Source: the human T2T-CHM13v2.0 reference genome, Homo sapiens. Taken from it: a DNA stretch of 64,000 bases. The translations under genes and the position numbers were made by a program. Position 1 is the stretch's first letter, and every line of letters starts with the position of its first letter. Shown piece after piece: positions 48,599 to 63,500 of this stretch. The stretch lies in NCBI RefSeq assembly GCF_009914755.1, contig NC_060929.1; one strand, written 5' to 3'. The notes beneath the pieces were generated by a model, which ran no database searches, was not told the DNA's origin, and saw only the letters and a list, made by a program, of their open reading frames with translations.

Positions 48599-51500
48599 GA
48601 AACTGCTTTGGGATGTGTGCATTCCTCTCCCAGAGTTAAACCTTTCTTTTCATTGAGCAGTTTGGAAACACTGTTTTTTTTTAGAATCTGCAAAGGGATA
48701 TTTGGGAGCGCATGGAAGCCTATGGTGAAAAAGGAAATATCTTCGGATAAAAACTAGAAAGAGGGTATATGAGAAACTGTTTTGTGATGTGTGCATTCAT
48801 CTCATAGTGTTAAGCCTTTCTTTTAATTAATCCGTTTGGAAACACTCTTTTTGTAGAATCTGCCAAGGAATATTTGCGAGTACAAGAGGCCTATTGTGAG
48901 AAAGGTAATAACTTCAGATTAAAATTAGAAACTTTCTGAAAACCTAATTTGTGATTTGTGTATACATTTCACAGTATTAAATCTTTCTTTTGATGGGGCC
49001 ACTTGAAACCACCCTTTTGGCAGAATCAGCCAGGGGTTATTTGGGATCACATTGAGGCCTATGGTGAAAAATGAAATATCTCCAGATAAAAACTAGCAAG
49101 AAGCTTTCTGAGAAACTACTTTGAGATGCTTGTATTCGTCTGATACAGTTAAAGCTTTGTATTGATTGAGTAGTTTGGAAAAACTGTTTTGCTAGAATCT
49201 GACAAGGGATATTTTGGAGTGCACTGATGCCTACAGTGAAAAAGGAAATAACTTCAGATAAAAACTACAAGGAAGTTTTCTGAGAAACTTCTTTATGATG
49301 TGTGTATTCTTCTCACAGATTTAGACATTTCTTTTGATTGAGCAGTTTGGGAACACTGTTTTTGTAGAATCTGCAATGGGATAATAGAAAGCACAGTTAA
49401 GTTGATGGTGGAAAAGGAAATATCTTTTTATAAAAGCTAGAAAGAAACTTTTTGAGAAACTGCTTTCTGATGTGTGCATTCATCTCACAGACTTAAACTT
49501 TTCTTTGACTGAGAACTTTGGAAACACTGTTTCTGTATAATCTGTGAAGTAACATTACACAGTGCAAAAAAGCCTATGTTGTAAAAGAAGGAAAAAACTT
49601 CAGATAAAAAATGGAAAGAAGCATTATGAGAAACTGATTTCTGATGTGTGCTTTCATCTTACAGAGTTAAGTCTTTCTTTTGATGGAGCAGTTTGGAAAC
49701 AGTGGTTCTGTAGAATCTGCGAAGGAATATTTGGGAGGGCATTGAGGCCTAAGTTGGAAAAGGAAATGCATTCAGATAAGAACTAGAGAGAAGCTTTATG
49801 AGAAACTGCTTTGTGATGTGTGTATTCATCTCACAGAGTTAAACCTTTCTTTGAGCAGTTTGGAGACACTGTTTTGTGGAATCTGTGAAGGGCTATTTGG
49901 GAGCGCATGAGGCCAATGGTGAAAAAAATTAACTTCAGATAAAAAGTAGAAAGAAGCATTCTGAGAAACCGCTTTTTGATGTGTGCATTCTTCTCACAGA
50001 GTTAAATGTTTCTTTATATTGAGCTGCTTGGAAACACTGTTTTTGTAGTATCTGCAAACATATATTTAATTAAGGCCTACAGTGGAAAAGCGAATATCTT
50101 CAGAGAAAAATAAGAAAGAAGCCTTTTCAGAAACTGCTTTGTTATCTGTGCTTTCACCTCATAGAGTTAAACTTGCTTTTTATTGATCAGTTTTCAAACA
50201 CTGTTAATGTGGAATCTGCAATGGTGTATTTGGGAGCACATTGAATCCTATGGTGAAAGAGGAAACATCTTCGGATAAAAACTGGAAAGAAGCATTTTGA
50301 GAAACTGCTTTGTGATGTGTGCATTCACCTCACAGAGTTAAACATTTCTTTTGATAGAGCATTTTGGAAACATTGATTTTGAATAATCTGCAAAGTGATA
50401 TTTGGTAGCGCAAAGAGGCCTATGTTGAAAAAAGAAATATCTTCAGACAAAAACTGGAAAGAAGATTTCTGAGACTGATTTGTGATGTGTGCTTTCATTT
50501 AACAGTGTTAAATTTTTTCTTTGATGGAGCCGTTTGGAAACACCATTTTGCAAGATTCTGTGAAGGGTTATTTGGGAGTGCATTGAGGCCTACATTGAAA
50601 AAGGAAATATCTCCAGATAAAAACTAGAAAGAAGCTTACTGAGAAACTGCTTTGTGATGTATGCATTCATCTTACAGAGGTAAACCTTTCCTTGGGTTGA
50701 GCAGTTTGGAAACAGTGTTTTTGTAGAATCTGCAAAGGGAAATTTTGGAGCACACTAATATTTATGGTGGAAAAGGAAATACCTTAGTGTAAAAACTAGA
50801 AAAAATATTTTTGAGGAACTGCTTTGTGAGCTGTGCATTCAGCTCACAGAGTTAAACCTATTTTTTGATTGAGCAGTTTGGAAACATTGCTTTTGTAGAA
50901 TCTACAACAGAATATTTGGGAGCACATTGAAGCCTATGGTGTTAAAGGAAATATCTTTGGAAAAAATCAAGACAGACGCTTTTTGAGATACTGATTTGTA
51001 AAGTGTGCATTCATCTCACTGACTTAAATGTGGCTTTTGATTGAGCTGTTTGGAAACACTGTTTTTTTGTAATCTGCAAAGTGATGCTAGGTAGCACAAA
51101 AAGGCCTATTCTGAAAAAGGAAATATGTTCAGATAAAAACTGTAAAGAAGCTTTCTGAGATACTTATTTGTCTCAGTGCTTTAATGTGTGCATTCATTTC
51201 ACAGTGATTATTTTTTCCTTTGATGGAGCTGTTTGGAAACACCCTTTTGGCAGAAGTTGCAAACAGTTATTTGGGAGTGCATTGAGGCCTACGGTGAAAA
51301 AGGAAATATTTCAAGATAAAAATTAGAAAGGAGCTTTGTGAAAAACTGCTTAGTGATGTGTGAATTTATCTCAGAGTAAAACCTTTCTTTTCACTGAGCA
51401 GTTTGGAAACACTGTTTTTGCAAAACCTGGAAGAGATATTATGTAACACAAAAAGCTATGATGAAAAAAGAAACTTTTACAGATAAAACCTGGAAAGAAG

Positions 51501-54500
51501 CATTATGAGAAATGGCTTTCTGATGTGTGTGTTAATCTCAGAGAGTTAAGTCCCTCTTTTGATTGAACGGTTTGGAAACAGTGTTTTTGTAGAATGGGTG
51601 AATGGATATTTGGCAGCGCTCTCAGGCCAATGGTGGAAAAGGAAATGACTTCAGAGAACTAGACAGAAACTTTCTGAGAAAGTGCCTTGTGATGTCTGCA
51701 TTGACCTCACATATTTAAACTTTTGTTTTGATTGAGCAGTTTGGAAATGCTGTTTTTGTAAAATCTCGAAGGGATATTTAGGAGTGAATTGAAGCCTGTG
51801 GTGAAAAAGTATATATCTTTGGATAAAGATTAGAAAGAAGCTTTTTGAGAAACTGCTTTGTGATGTGTGTGTTCTTCTCACAGAGGTAAAAGTTTCTTTT
51901 TGTTGAGCAGTTTGGAAACACTGTTTTTGTACAATATGCAAAGGGATATTTTGGAGCGCATTGAAGGTTATGGAGAAAAATGAAATATCTTCAGTTTTAA
52001 GACCTAGAAAGAAGAAGCTTTTTGAGAAACTGCTTTGTGATGTGTGCATTCTTCTCACAGAGGTAAATGTTTCTTTTGATTGAGCAGTTTGGAAACACTG
52101 TTTTGGTAGAAAGTGTGAAGGGTTATTTGGGACCACATTGAAGTCTATAGTGAAAAATGAAATATCTTTGGATAAAAACTAGAAAGAAATTTTTGACCAA
52201 CTGCTTTATGATGTGCCCATTCATCTCACAGAGGTAAACCTTTCATTTGATTGATCAGTTTGGTAACACTGTCTTTTTAGAATCTGTGATGGTGTATTTG
52301 GGAGTGCATGAGGCCTATGGGGAAAAGGAAATAACTTGAGATAAAAATTAGAGAGAATCTTTCTAAAAACCGCTTTGGGATGTGTGCATTCTTCTCACAG
52401 AGTTAACATTTTCTCTTGATTGAGCAGTTTGGAAACACTATTTTTGTAGAATCTGCAAAGGGATATTTGGGAGCATACTGAGTCCTACTTTGAAAAGGAA
52501 ATATCTTCAGATAAAAAGTGGAAAGAAGCTTTTTGAGAAACTGCTATTTGATCTTTGCATTCATCTCACAGACTTAAATCTTTCTTTTGAGTGAAGAGTT
52601 TGGAAACACTGTTTTTTTCAAAATGTGCAAGTGATATTAAGTAGCCAGAAAAGCCTGTAGTGAAAAAGTAAATATTTTCAGATAAAAACTGGAAAGAAGT
52701 GTTATGAGAAACTACTGTGTGACGTGTGCATTCATCTCACAGAGTTAAGTCCTTCTTTTGATGGAAGAGCTTAGAAATACTTTTTTTGTATAATGTGTGA
52801 AAGGATACTTTGAAACACATTGAGGCCTATGGTGGAAAAGGAAATATCTTCAGAGAAGAACTAGACAGAATCTTTAGGAGAAACTGATTTGTGATATGTG
52901 CATTCATCTCACAGAGTTAAACATTTCTTTTGATTGAGCAGTTTGGAAACACTGTTTTTGTCGAATCTGCAAAGGGGTATTTGGGGATGCATTGAAGCTA
53001 AGGTGAAAAAGGATATATCTTCGGATAAACAGTAGAAAGAAGCTTTGGAGAAACTGCTTTGTGATGTGTGCATTCATCTCACACAGTTAAAACTTTCTTT
53101 TTATTGATCAGTTTGGGAACACTCTTTTTTCAGAGTATGTGAAAGGAAATTTGGAACACACGAGGACTATGGTGAAAAAGGAAATTACTTCAGATAAAAA
53201 CTAGAAAGAAGATTTCTGAGAAACTGCTTTGTGCTGTGTGCATTCATCTCACAGAGATAAGTACTTCTTTTTATGAAACAGTTTGGAAATACTGCTTTTA
53301 TAGAATCTGTGAAGGGATATTTCAGAGGGCATTATGCCTTGGTGGAAAAGAAAATATCTTCAGAGAAGAAGTAGACAGAAGCTTTCTGAGAATCTGCTTT
53401 GTGATGTGTGCATTGATTTCACAGAGTTAAACCCTACTTTTGATTGAGCAGTTTGAAAACACTGTTTTGGTGGAATATGGGAAGGCATATTTCAGAGCGC
53501 ATTGATGCATTTGGTGAAAAAGCAAATATCTTCAGATAAAAACTAGAAAGAAGATTTTTGAGAAAATGCTTTGCAATGTCTGCATTCATCTCACAGGGTT
53601 AAACCTTTCTTTTGATTGATCAATTTGGTAACACTGTTTCTGTAGAAACTGTGAAAGTATGTTTGGCAGCACACAAGTCCTATGGTGAAAAAGGAAATAC
53701 CTTTGGATTAAAACTGGAAAGGATCATTGTAGAAACTGCCTTGTGATGTGTGCCTTCCACTCACAGAATTAAACCTTTTTTTTGATTGAGTATTATGGAA
53801 ACACTGTTTTTGTGGAATCTGTGATGGGATATTTGGGCGTGCATTGAACTCTTTGGTGATAAAGTTAATATCATCAGATGAAAACTAGAAAGAAGCCTTT
53901 TGAGAAACTGCTTTGTCATGGGTGCATTTATCTAAAAGATTAAAACCTTTCTTTTCACTGAGCAGTTTGCAAACACTGTTTTTGCAAAATGTGCGAACCC
54001 ATGTAATGTAGCCCAAAGTAGGTTATGGTGAAAAAGGAAACATCTTCAGATAAAATGTGCAATGAAGCATTAAGAGAAACTGTTTTCAGATGTGTGCATT
54101 CATCTCACACAGTTAAGTCGTTCTTTTCATTGAACAGTTTGGAAACACTGCTTTTGTAGAATCTGCAAAGGGATATTTGGGAGTGCACGAGATCTATGGT
54201 GAAAAAGGAAATATCTTCGGATAAAAACTGGAAAGAAGCTTTCTGAGAATATGCTTTGTGATGTGTGCATTCATCTTACAGATTTAAATCACTCTTTAGG
54301 CAGAACAGTTCAGAAACAGTGTTTTTATAAAATCCGTGAAGGGATATTTGTGAGCACATTGAGGCCTATGGTGGAAAAGGGAATATCTCCAGGTAAAAAC
54401 TTGAAAGAAGCTTTTTGGGAAACTGTTTTGTGATGTGGGCATTCATCTCACAGAAATAAACTTTTCTTTTGATTGATCAGATTGGAAACACTTTTTTTGT

Positions 54501-57500
54501 AGAATCTGCGAAGGGAAGTTTGGGAGCGCACAAGGCCTATGGTGAGAAAGGAAATAACTTCAGATACAAACTAGAAAGAATCTTTCTGAGAAACTCCTTT
54601 GTGATGTGTGCATTCACCTCACAGAGTTAAACCTGTTTTCCAATTGAGCAGTATGGAAACACTGTTTTTGCAGAATCTGTGATAGGATATTTGAGATCGT
54701 ATTGAAGCCTATGGTGATAAAAGAAATATCTTCAGATAAAAACAAAAGAGAAAGTTTTGGAGGAACTTCTTCATGATGTGTGCATTCATCTCACAGAGTT
54801 AAATGTTTCATTTGACTGAGCATTTTGGAAACACTGTTTTTGCAAAATCTGTGAAGTAATATTAGGGAGCGCAAAAAACCCTATGGTTAAGGAAATATCT
54901 TCACATAAAAGCTGGAAAGAAGCATTATGGGAAACTGCTTTCTGATGTGTGCATTCATGTTACAGATTTAAGTCCTTCTTTTGATGGAACTGTTTGGAAA
55001 CACTGTTTTTGTACTACCTGCAAAGGGATATTTGGGAGTGCATGGAGGCCTATGGTGGAAAAGGAAATGTCTTCAGAGAAGAACCAGACAGAAGCTGTAT
55101 GAGAAACTCCTTTGTGATGTGTGCATTTATCTCACAGAGTTAAACCTTTCTTTTGATTGAGCAGTTTGTAAACACTGTTTTTGTAGAATCTGCAAAGGGA
55201 TATTTGGGAGTGCTTTGAGGCCTATGGTGGAAAGGGATATATCTTCAGAAAACAAGACAGAAGCTATCTGAGGAGCTGCTTGGTTATTAGTGCATTCATC
55301 ACACGGAGTTAAACCTTTATTTGGATTGATCAGATTGGAAACACTGTTTTTGTAGAATCTGTGAAGAGATATTTGGAGCACACGAGGCCTATGATGAAAA
55401 AGGAAATAACTTCAGACAAAAACTTTCACATTAAAAGTAGAAAGAAGCTTTTTGAAAAACTGCTTTGTGATTTGTGCATTCTTCTCACAGAGTTAAATGA
55501 TTCTTTTGATTGTGCAGTTTGGTAAAAATGTTTTTGAAGAATCTGCAAAGCGATAATTTGGAGCAAAGTGATACCTATGGTGAAAAAGTAAATATCTTCG
55601 TATAAAAACTACAAAGAAGCTTTTTGAGAAATTGCTTTCTGATAGATACATTCATCACACAGAGTTAAGTCTTCTGTTTGATCAGTTTGGAAACACTGTT
55701 TTTGTAGAATCTGTGGCAGGATATTTGGGAGCACACGTGGCCTATATTTAAAAAGGAAATATATGCCAATAAAAACTAGAAAGAAAGTTTCTGAGAAACA
55801 GCTTTGTCATGTGTGGACTCTTCTCAGAGAGTTAAATGTTACTTTTGACTGAGCAGTTTGGAAACAGTGTTTTTTTAGTATCTGCAAAGGGATATTTGGA
55901 ATCACAGTGTTGCCTATGGTGAGAAAGGAAATAATTTCAGATAAAAACTAGAAAGAAGCATTTTGAGAAACTTCTTTGTGATGCATGCATTTTTCTCACA
56001 CAGTTCAACTTTTCTTCTTACAGGGCCGTTTGGAAACACTGTTTTTGTGTAATCTGCAAACAGATATTTGGTAGTGCAAAAAGGCCTATCGTGAACTAGG
56101 AAGTATCTTCAGATAAAAAGTGGAAAGAAGCGTTATGAGAAACTGCTTTCTGATGTGTGCATTCGTGCCACATAGAGAAATACTTTTGATGGAACAGTTC
56201 ATAAGCACTGTTCTTATAGGATCTGCAAAGGGATATTTGTGAGAGCATTGAAGCCTGTGGTGACAAAGGAAATATCTTCAGATAAAAACTGGAAAGAAGC
56301 TTTTTTGAGAAAGTGCTGTTTGATTTGTGCATTCTTCTCTCATAGTTAAAAGTTTCCTTTTATTGAGTAGGTTGGAAGCACTGTTTTTGTGTAAACTGCT
56401 AAGGGATATTTTGTAGCACAAAAAGGCCTATGGTGAATATGGAAATATCTTCAAATAAAAACTGCCAAAGAGGGTTATGAGAACCTGTTTCCTGACGGGT
56501 GCATTCATCTCACAGAGTTAAGTCCTTCTTTTGGTGGAACTGTTTGGAAACAAGTATTTAATAGGATCTGAAAGGGGATATTTTGGGGTGTAATGAGGCC
56601 TACAGTGGAAAAGAGAATATCTTCAGAGAAGAACTTGACAGAAGCTATCTGCCAAACTGCTTTGTAAAATGTGCATTCATCTCACAGAGTTCAAACTTTC
56701 TTTTGGTTGAGCAGTTTTGAAACACTGTTTTCCTAGAAACTGAAAAGGTATATTTGGGAGTGCCCTGAGGCCTATGGTGAATAAGGGATTATCTTCAGAA
56801 AAAAACTAGGAAGAAGCTTTTTGAGAAACTGCTTCATGATGAGTACGTTCACCTCATAGAGTTGAACCTGTTTTTTGATTGAGCAGTTTGGAAACACTTT
56901 TTTTGTAGAATCTGCGACGGGATATTTGGGAGTGCATTGAAGCCTATGGTGATAAATGAAATATCTTTGGATACATACTAGAAAGAAGCTTTTTGAGAAA
57001 CTAATGTGTGCATTCATCTCACAGAGTTAAACCTTTCATTTGACTAAGCTGTTTGGAAACCCTGCTTTTGCAAAATCTGCAAAGTGATATTAAGTAGCGC
57101 AAAATACCCTATGGTGAAAAAGAAAATATCTTCAGATAAAAACTGGAAAAAAGTGTTATGAGAAACTGCTCTCTGATGTGTGAGTTCATCTCAAAGAGTT
57201 AAGTCCTTCTTTTGATGGAACAGTTTGGAAACACTGTTTTGGTGGAATTTGCAAAGTGATATTAGGGAGTGCATTGAGGGCTACAGTGGAAAAGGAAATA
57301 TCTTCAAAGAAGAACCAGACAGAAGGTAACTGAGAAACTACTTTTTGATGTGTGCATTCATCTCAAAGAGTTAAAACTTTCTTTTGATTGAGCAGTTTGG
57401 AAACACTGTTTTTTAGAATCTTCAAAGGTATATTTGGGGGCACACTGAGGCCTGTGGAGAAAATGAAATATCTTCAGATAAAAACTAGAAAGAAGCCTTT

Positions 57501-60500
57501 TGAGAAACTGCTTTGCGAAGTATGCATTCATCTCACAGAGGTAAAACTTTCTTTTCATTGAGCAGTTTGGAAACACAGTTTGTGTAGAATCTGTAAAGGG
57601 ATATTTGGGAGAGCATTGAAACATATCATGAAAAGGAAATATCTTTGGATAAAAACTAGATAGTAACTTTTTGATAAACTGCATTATGATGAGCACATTC
57701 ATCTCACAGAGTCAAACCTTTCTTTCAATTGATCAGTTTGGAAACACTGTTTTTTTAGAATCTGTGAAAGGGTATTTTGGAGCACATTGAGGCCTATGGT
57801 GGAAAAGGAAATGTCTTCAGAGAAGAACTAGACAGAAGCTTTCTGAGAAACTGCTTTCTGAAGTGTGATTTCAACTCACAGAATTAAACCTTGCTCTTGA
57901 TCAAGCTGTTTGGAAACACTGTTTTTATAGAATCTGCAAAGGGATATTTGGGTACATGTTGAACGTATGGTGGAAAATGAAATATCTTCAGATAAAAACT
58001 AGAAAGAAGCATTTTCAGAAACTGGTTTGTGATATGTGCATTCAACAAACAGAGGTAAAGGATTCTTTTGATGGATCAGTTTGGAAACTCTGCTTTGTAG
58101 AATCTGCAAAGGAATATTTGGGAGTGCACAAGGCCTATGATGAAAAAGGAAATATCTTTGGATAAAAACTAGAAAAAAAGCTATTTGGGAATTGGCTTTG
58201 TGATGTGCACATTTAACTCATAGATTTAAACCTGTTTCTATATTGAGCCATTTGAAAAAACTGTTTTTGTAGAAATTGTGATGGGATATTTGGGAGCGCT
58301 TTGAATGCTATGGTGATAAAGGAAATATTTTCAGATAAAAATCAGAAAGAAGCATTTTGGGAAACTACTTTGTGATGAGTGCATTCACCTCACATAGTTA
58401 AGCATTTCTTTTGATGGAGCAGTTTGGAAAAACTGTTTTTGCAAAATCAGTGAAGCAATGTTACGTAGAGCAAGAAAGCCTATGGTGAAAAAGTAAATAT
58501 CTTAAGGTAAATCAGGAAAGCAGCATTATGAAAAACTGCTTTGTGATGTGTGTGTTCATCTCACAGAGTTAGGTCCTTCTTTTGATGGAACAGTTTGGAA
58601 ACACTGTGTTTATAGAATCTGCAAGGGGTTATTTGGGAGCACATTGAGGTCTATGGTGGAATAAGAAACATCTTCAGAGAAGAACTAGAGAGAAGCTATC
58701 TGAGACAGTGCTTTGTGATGTGTGAATTCAACTCACAGAGTTAAAGCTTTCTTTTTAATGACCAGTTTGGAAACACTGTTTTTGTAGAATCTGCGATGGG
58801 ATATTTGGGAGTGTTTTGAAGCCTAAGGTGAAAAAGGAAATATCTTTGGATAAAAACCAGAAGAAAGTTTTTAGAGAAACTGCTTTGTGATGTGTGCATT
58901 CACCTCACAGAGTTAAACTTATCATCTTTTGATTGATCGGTTTGGAAACACTGTTTTTGTAGAATCTGCAAAGGGATATTTGGGAGTGTATGAGGCCTAT
59001 GGTGAAAAAGGAAATATCTTCAGATAAAAACTAGAAAGATTCTCTTTGAGAAAGTGCTTTGTGTTGTATGCATTCATCTCACAGAGTTAAACCTTTCTTT
59101 TGATTGACCCCTTTGAAATCACTGTTTTTGTAGAATCTGTGTTGGGATATTTGGGAGCATAGGAGGACTATGGTGAAAAAAAACTTCACATAAATACTAG
59201 AAAGAAGCTTTCTGATAAACTGCTTTGTGATGTGTGCATTCTTCTCACAGAATTAACCTTTCTTTTGATTGAATTGATTGGAAACACTGTTTCTGAACAA
59301 CATGTGAAGGGATATTTGGGAGGTCATGACACCTATGTTGAAAAAAGAAATACCTTCAGATAAAAACTAGACAAAAGCTTTCTGAGAAACTGCTTTGTGA
59401 TGTGTACATTACATTGACAGATTTAAACCTTTCTTTTGATTGAGAAGGTTGGAAACACAGTCTTTGCAGAATATGCGAAGGGATATTTTGGAGTGCATTG
59501 AAGCCTATGGTGAAAAAGGAAATATCTTCAGATAAAAACTAGAAAGAAGTTTTGAGAAACTGCTTTGTGAAGTGTGGATTCAACTGACAGAGTAAAACCT
59601 TTCTTTTGATTGATCAGTATTGAAATACTTGTAGAATCTGCAAAGGGATTCTTGGGAGCAAATAAGGCCTATGGTGGAAAAGAAAATAACTTCAGATAAA
59701 AACTAGAAAGAAGCTTTCTGAGACACTGCATTGTGATGTGTGCATTTATGTCACAGAGTTAAACTTTTTTTTCAGTTGAGCAGTTTGGAAACACTGTTTT
59801 TGTACAATCTGCAAAGGGATAGTTGGGAGTGGACAAGGCCTATGGTGAAAAAGGAAATATCTTCAGATAAAAACTAGACAGACACTTTCTGAGAAACTGC
59901 TTTGAGATGTGTGCATTCAATTCACAGATTTAAAGCTTTCTTTTGACTGAGGAATTTGGAAACACAGTTTTGGTAGAATCTGTGAAGGGATATTTGGGAG
60001 CACAACAAAGTCCATGGTGAAAAAGGAAATATCTTCAGATAAAAACTAGAAAGAAGCTTTTTGAGAAACTGCTTTGTGATGTGTGAATTCATGTCACAGA
60101 GTTAAAATGTTCTTTTGATTGAGTAGTTTGGAAACACTGTTTTTGTAGAATCTATGAAGGGACTTTTGGGAGCACATGAGGCCTATGGTGAAAGAGAAAA
60201 TATCTTTGGATAAACACTAGAAAGAAGTTTTCGAGAAACTGCTTTCTGATGTGTGTGTTCAACTAACAGAGTTAACCATGTTTTTCACTGGGCAGTTTGG
60301 AAATACTCTTTTTGTAGAATGTGTGATGGGATATTTGGGAGCACTTTGAAGCCTATGGGGATAAATGAATTATCTTTGGATAACAACTAGAAATTATCTT
60401 TTTGAGAAACTGATTTGTGTTGTGTGCTTTCATCTCATAATGTTAAACCTTTCTTTGACTGAGCAGTATGAAACACTATTTTTGCAAAATAGGAGAAGTG

Positions 60501-63500
60501 ATATTATGTAGTGCATTAAAGCCTACGGTGAAAAAGGAAATATCTTGAGAAAAAACTTGAAAGAAGTGTTATGAGAAACTTCTTTCTTATGTGTGCCTTC
60601 ATCTCACAGAGGTAAGTACTTCTTTTGATGGAACAGTTTTGAAACACTGTTTTTGCAGAATTGGCTAAAGGATATTTGGGAGAGCTTTGATGCCAAAGGT
60701 GGTAAAGGAAATATCTTCAGAGAAGAACTAGGCCGAAGCTTTCTGAAAAACTCACTCCTATTGATGTGTGCATTCATCTCACACAGTTAAATTTTTCTTT
60801 TTATTGAGAACTTTGGAAACGTCGTTTCTGTAGAATCTGTGAAGGCATATTTTGGAGCACTTTGAAGCCTATGGTGAAAAAGGAAATATCTTCAGAAAAA
60901 AACTAGAAAGAATCTTTTTGAGAAAATGCCTTGTGATGTGTGGATTCATCTGACAGAGTTAAATCTTTCTTTTGATTGATCAGTTTTGAAATACTTGTAG
61001 AATCTGCAAAGGGATATTTGGGAGCACAGGATGCCTATGGTGAAAAAGAAAATAAATTCAGATAAAAATTAGAAAGAATTTTTCTGAGAAACCGCTTTGT
61101 GATGTGTGCCTTCTTCTGACAGAGTTAATCATTTCTTTTGATTGAACAGTTTGGAAGCACTGTTTTTGTGTAATCCATGAACCGATGTTTAGTAGTGCAA
61201 AAAGGTCCATGGTGAACCAGGAAATATCTTCAGATAAAAACTGGAAGGAAGTGTTATGAAAAAGTGCTTTCTCATGTTCACATTCATCTCACAGTGTTAA
61301 GTCCCTCTTTTGAGGGAACAGTTTGGATACAATGTTTTTGTAGAATCTGGGTAGGGATATTTGGGAGCTCATTGAGGCTTATGGTGGAAAAGAAAGTACC
61401 TGCAGAGAAAAATTAGGCAGAAGGTTTCTAATAAACTGCTTTGTGATGACTGCAATCATCTCAGAGACTACAACCTTTCTTTTGATCGAGCAGTTTGGTA
61501 ACACTGTTTTTGTAGAAACTGCAAAGGCATATTTTGGAGTGCAATGAAGCTTATGGTGAAAAAGGAAATATCTTCAGATAAAAACTACAAAGAAGCTTTT
61601 TGAGAAACAGCTTTGTGATGTGTGCATTCATTTGACAGAGTTAAACCTTTTTTTTTGATTGATCCATTTGGAAACATTGTTTTTGTAGTATCTGAGAAGG
61701 GATATTTGGGAGTGCAGGAGGCCTATGGAGAAAAAGGAAATATTCTCAGATAAAAAGGAGAAAGAAGATTTTTGAGAAAATGCTTTGTGATGTGTGCATT
61801 CAACTGACAGAATTAAACCTGTTTTTAGATTGAGAAGTTTGGAAACACTGTTTTTGTATAACCTGCGATAGGATATTTGGGAGGACATTTAAGTCTATGG
61901 TGATAAGGAAAATATTTTCTGATAAAAACTAGAAAGATGCTTTTGGAGGAACTGCCTTGTGAAGTGTGCATTTATCTCACAGAGTTAAAACCCTCTTTTG
62001 GTTGATAAGTTTGGAAAGACTGTTTTTGTGGAATCTGCGATGGGATATTTGGAAGTGCATTGAAACCTATGGTGATAAAAGATACATCTTCAGATAAAAA
62101 ACACAAAGAAGAATTTTGAGAAACCACTTGGTGATGTGTGCATTCATCTCACCGAGTTAAACTTTTCTTTTGACTGAGCAGTTTGGAAAAACTGTTTTTG
62201 CAAAATCTGTGAATCAATATTAGGCAGTGCAAAAAGCCTATGGTGTAAAAGGAAATATCTTCAGATAAAAACTGTTAAGAAGTGTTATGAGAATCTGCTT
62301 TCTGATGCTTCTGTTTATCTCAGACATAAGTTCTTCTTTTGATGGAACAGTTTGAAAACTCTGTTTTTGTACAATCTGCAAAGGGATATTTGGGAGTGCA
62401 CTGAAGTGTATGGTGAAAAAGAAAAGGTCTTCAGAGAAGAACTACACATAGGCTTTCTGAGAAATTGCTCCATGATGAGTGCATTCATCTTACAGAGTTA
62501 AACCTTTCTTTTGATAGAGCAATTTGGAAACACTGGTTTTGTAGAATCTACAAAAGGATATTTGTGAGTGCATTGAAGTCCACAATGAAAAAGAAAATAT
62601 CTTCGGATAAAAACTAGAAAGATGCTTTTTAAGAAACTTCTTGGTGATGCATGCATGCGTCTCACAGAGTAAATCTTCTTTTGTGACACAGCAGTTTGGA
62701 AACTGTGTGTTTTTGTAATCTGTCAAGCAACGTTGTGTAGCGCAAAAAGGCCTATGGTGAACAAGGAAATATCTTCAGATAAAAACTGGAAAGAAGCGTT
62801 GTGAGAAACTGCTTTCTGATGTGTGCATTTATCTCACAGCATTAAATCCTTCTTTTGGTATAACAGTTCAGAAACACTGTTTTTGTAGAATCTGTGAAGG
62901 GATATTTGGGAGTGCATTGAGGCCTACGGTGGAAAAGGAAATATCTTCAGAGAAGAGCTAGACAGAAGGTGTCTGACAAACTGCTTTGGGATGTGTGCAT
63001 TCATTTCACAGAGTTAAAACTTTCTTTTGATTGAGTGGTTTGGAAATGCTGTTTTTGTAGAATCTGCAAAGGGATATTTGTGAGCGCACTGAGGCCTTGG
63101 TGAAAAAGGAAATATCATCTTTGGATAAAAACTAGAAAGAAGGTTTTTGAAGAATTGCTTTGTGATATGTGCATTCATCTCAGAGAGTGAAACCTTTCCT
63201 TTGATAGAGAAGTTTGGAAGCACTGTTTTTGCACAACATACAATGTGATATTTTGTAATGCAAATAAGCCTATGCTGAAAAAGGAAATGTCTTCAGATAA
63301 AAACTGGAAAGAAGCTTTCTGAGACACTGATTTGTGATGCATGCATTCATTTAACAGGATTAAATCTTTCCTTTGATGGAGCCATTTTGAAAAACCCTTT
63401 TGGCAGAAACTGTGAAGAGTTACTTGTGAGTGCATTGAGGCCTATGGTGAAAAAGGAAATATCTCCATACAAAAACTAGAAAGTATCTTTCTGAGAAACT

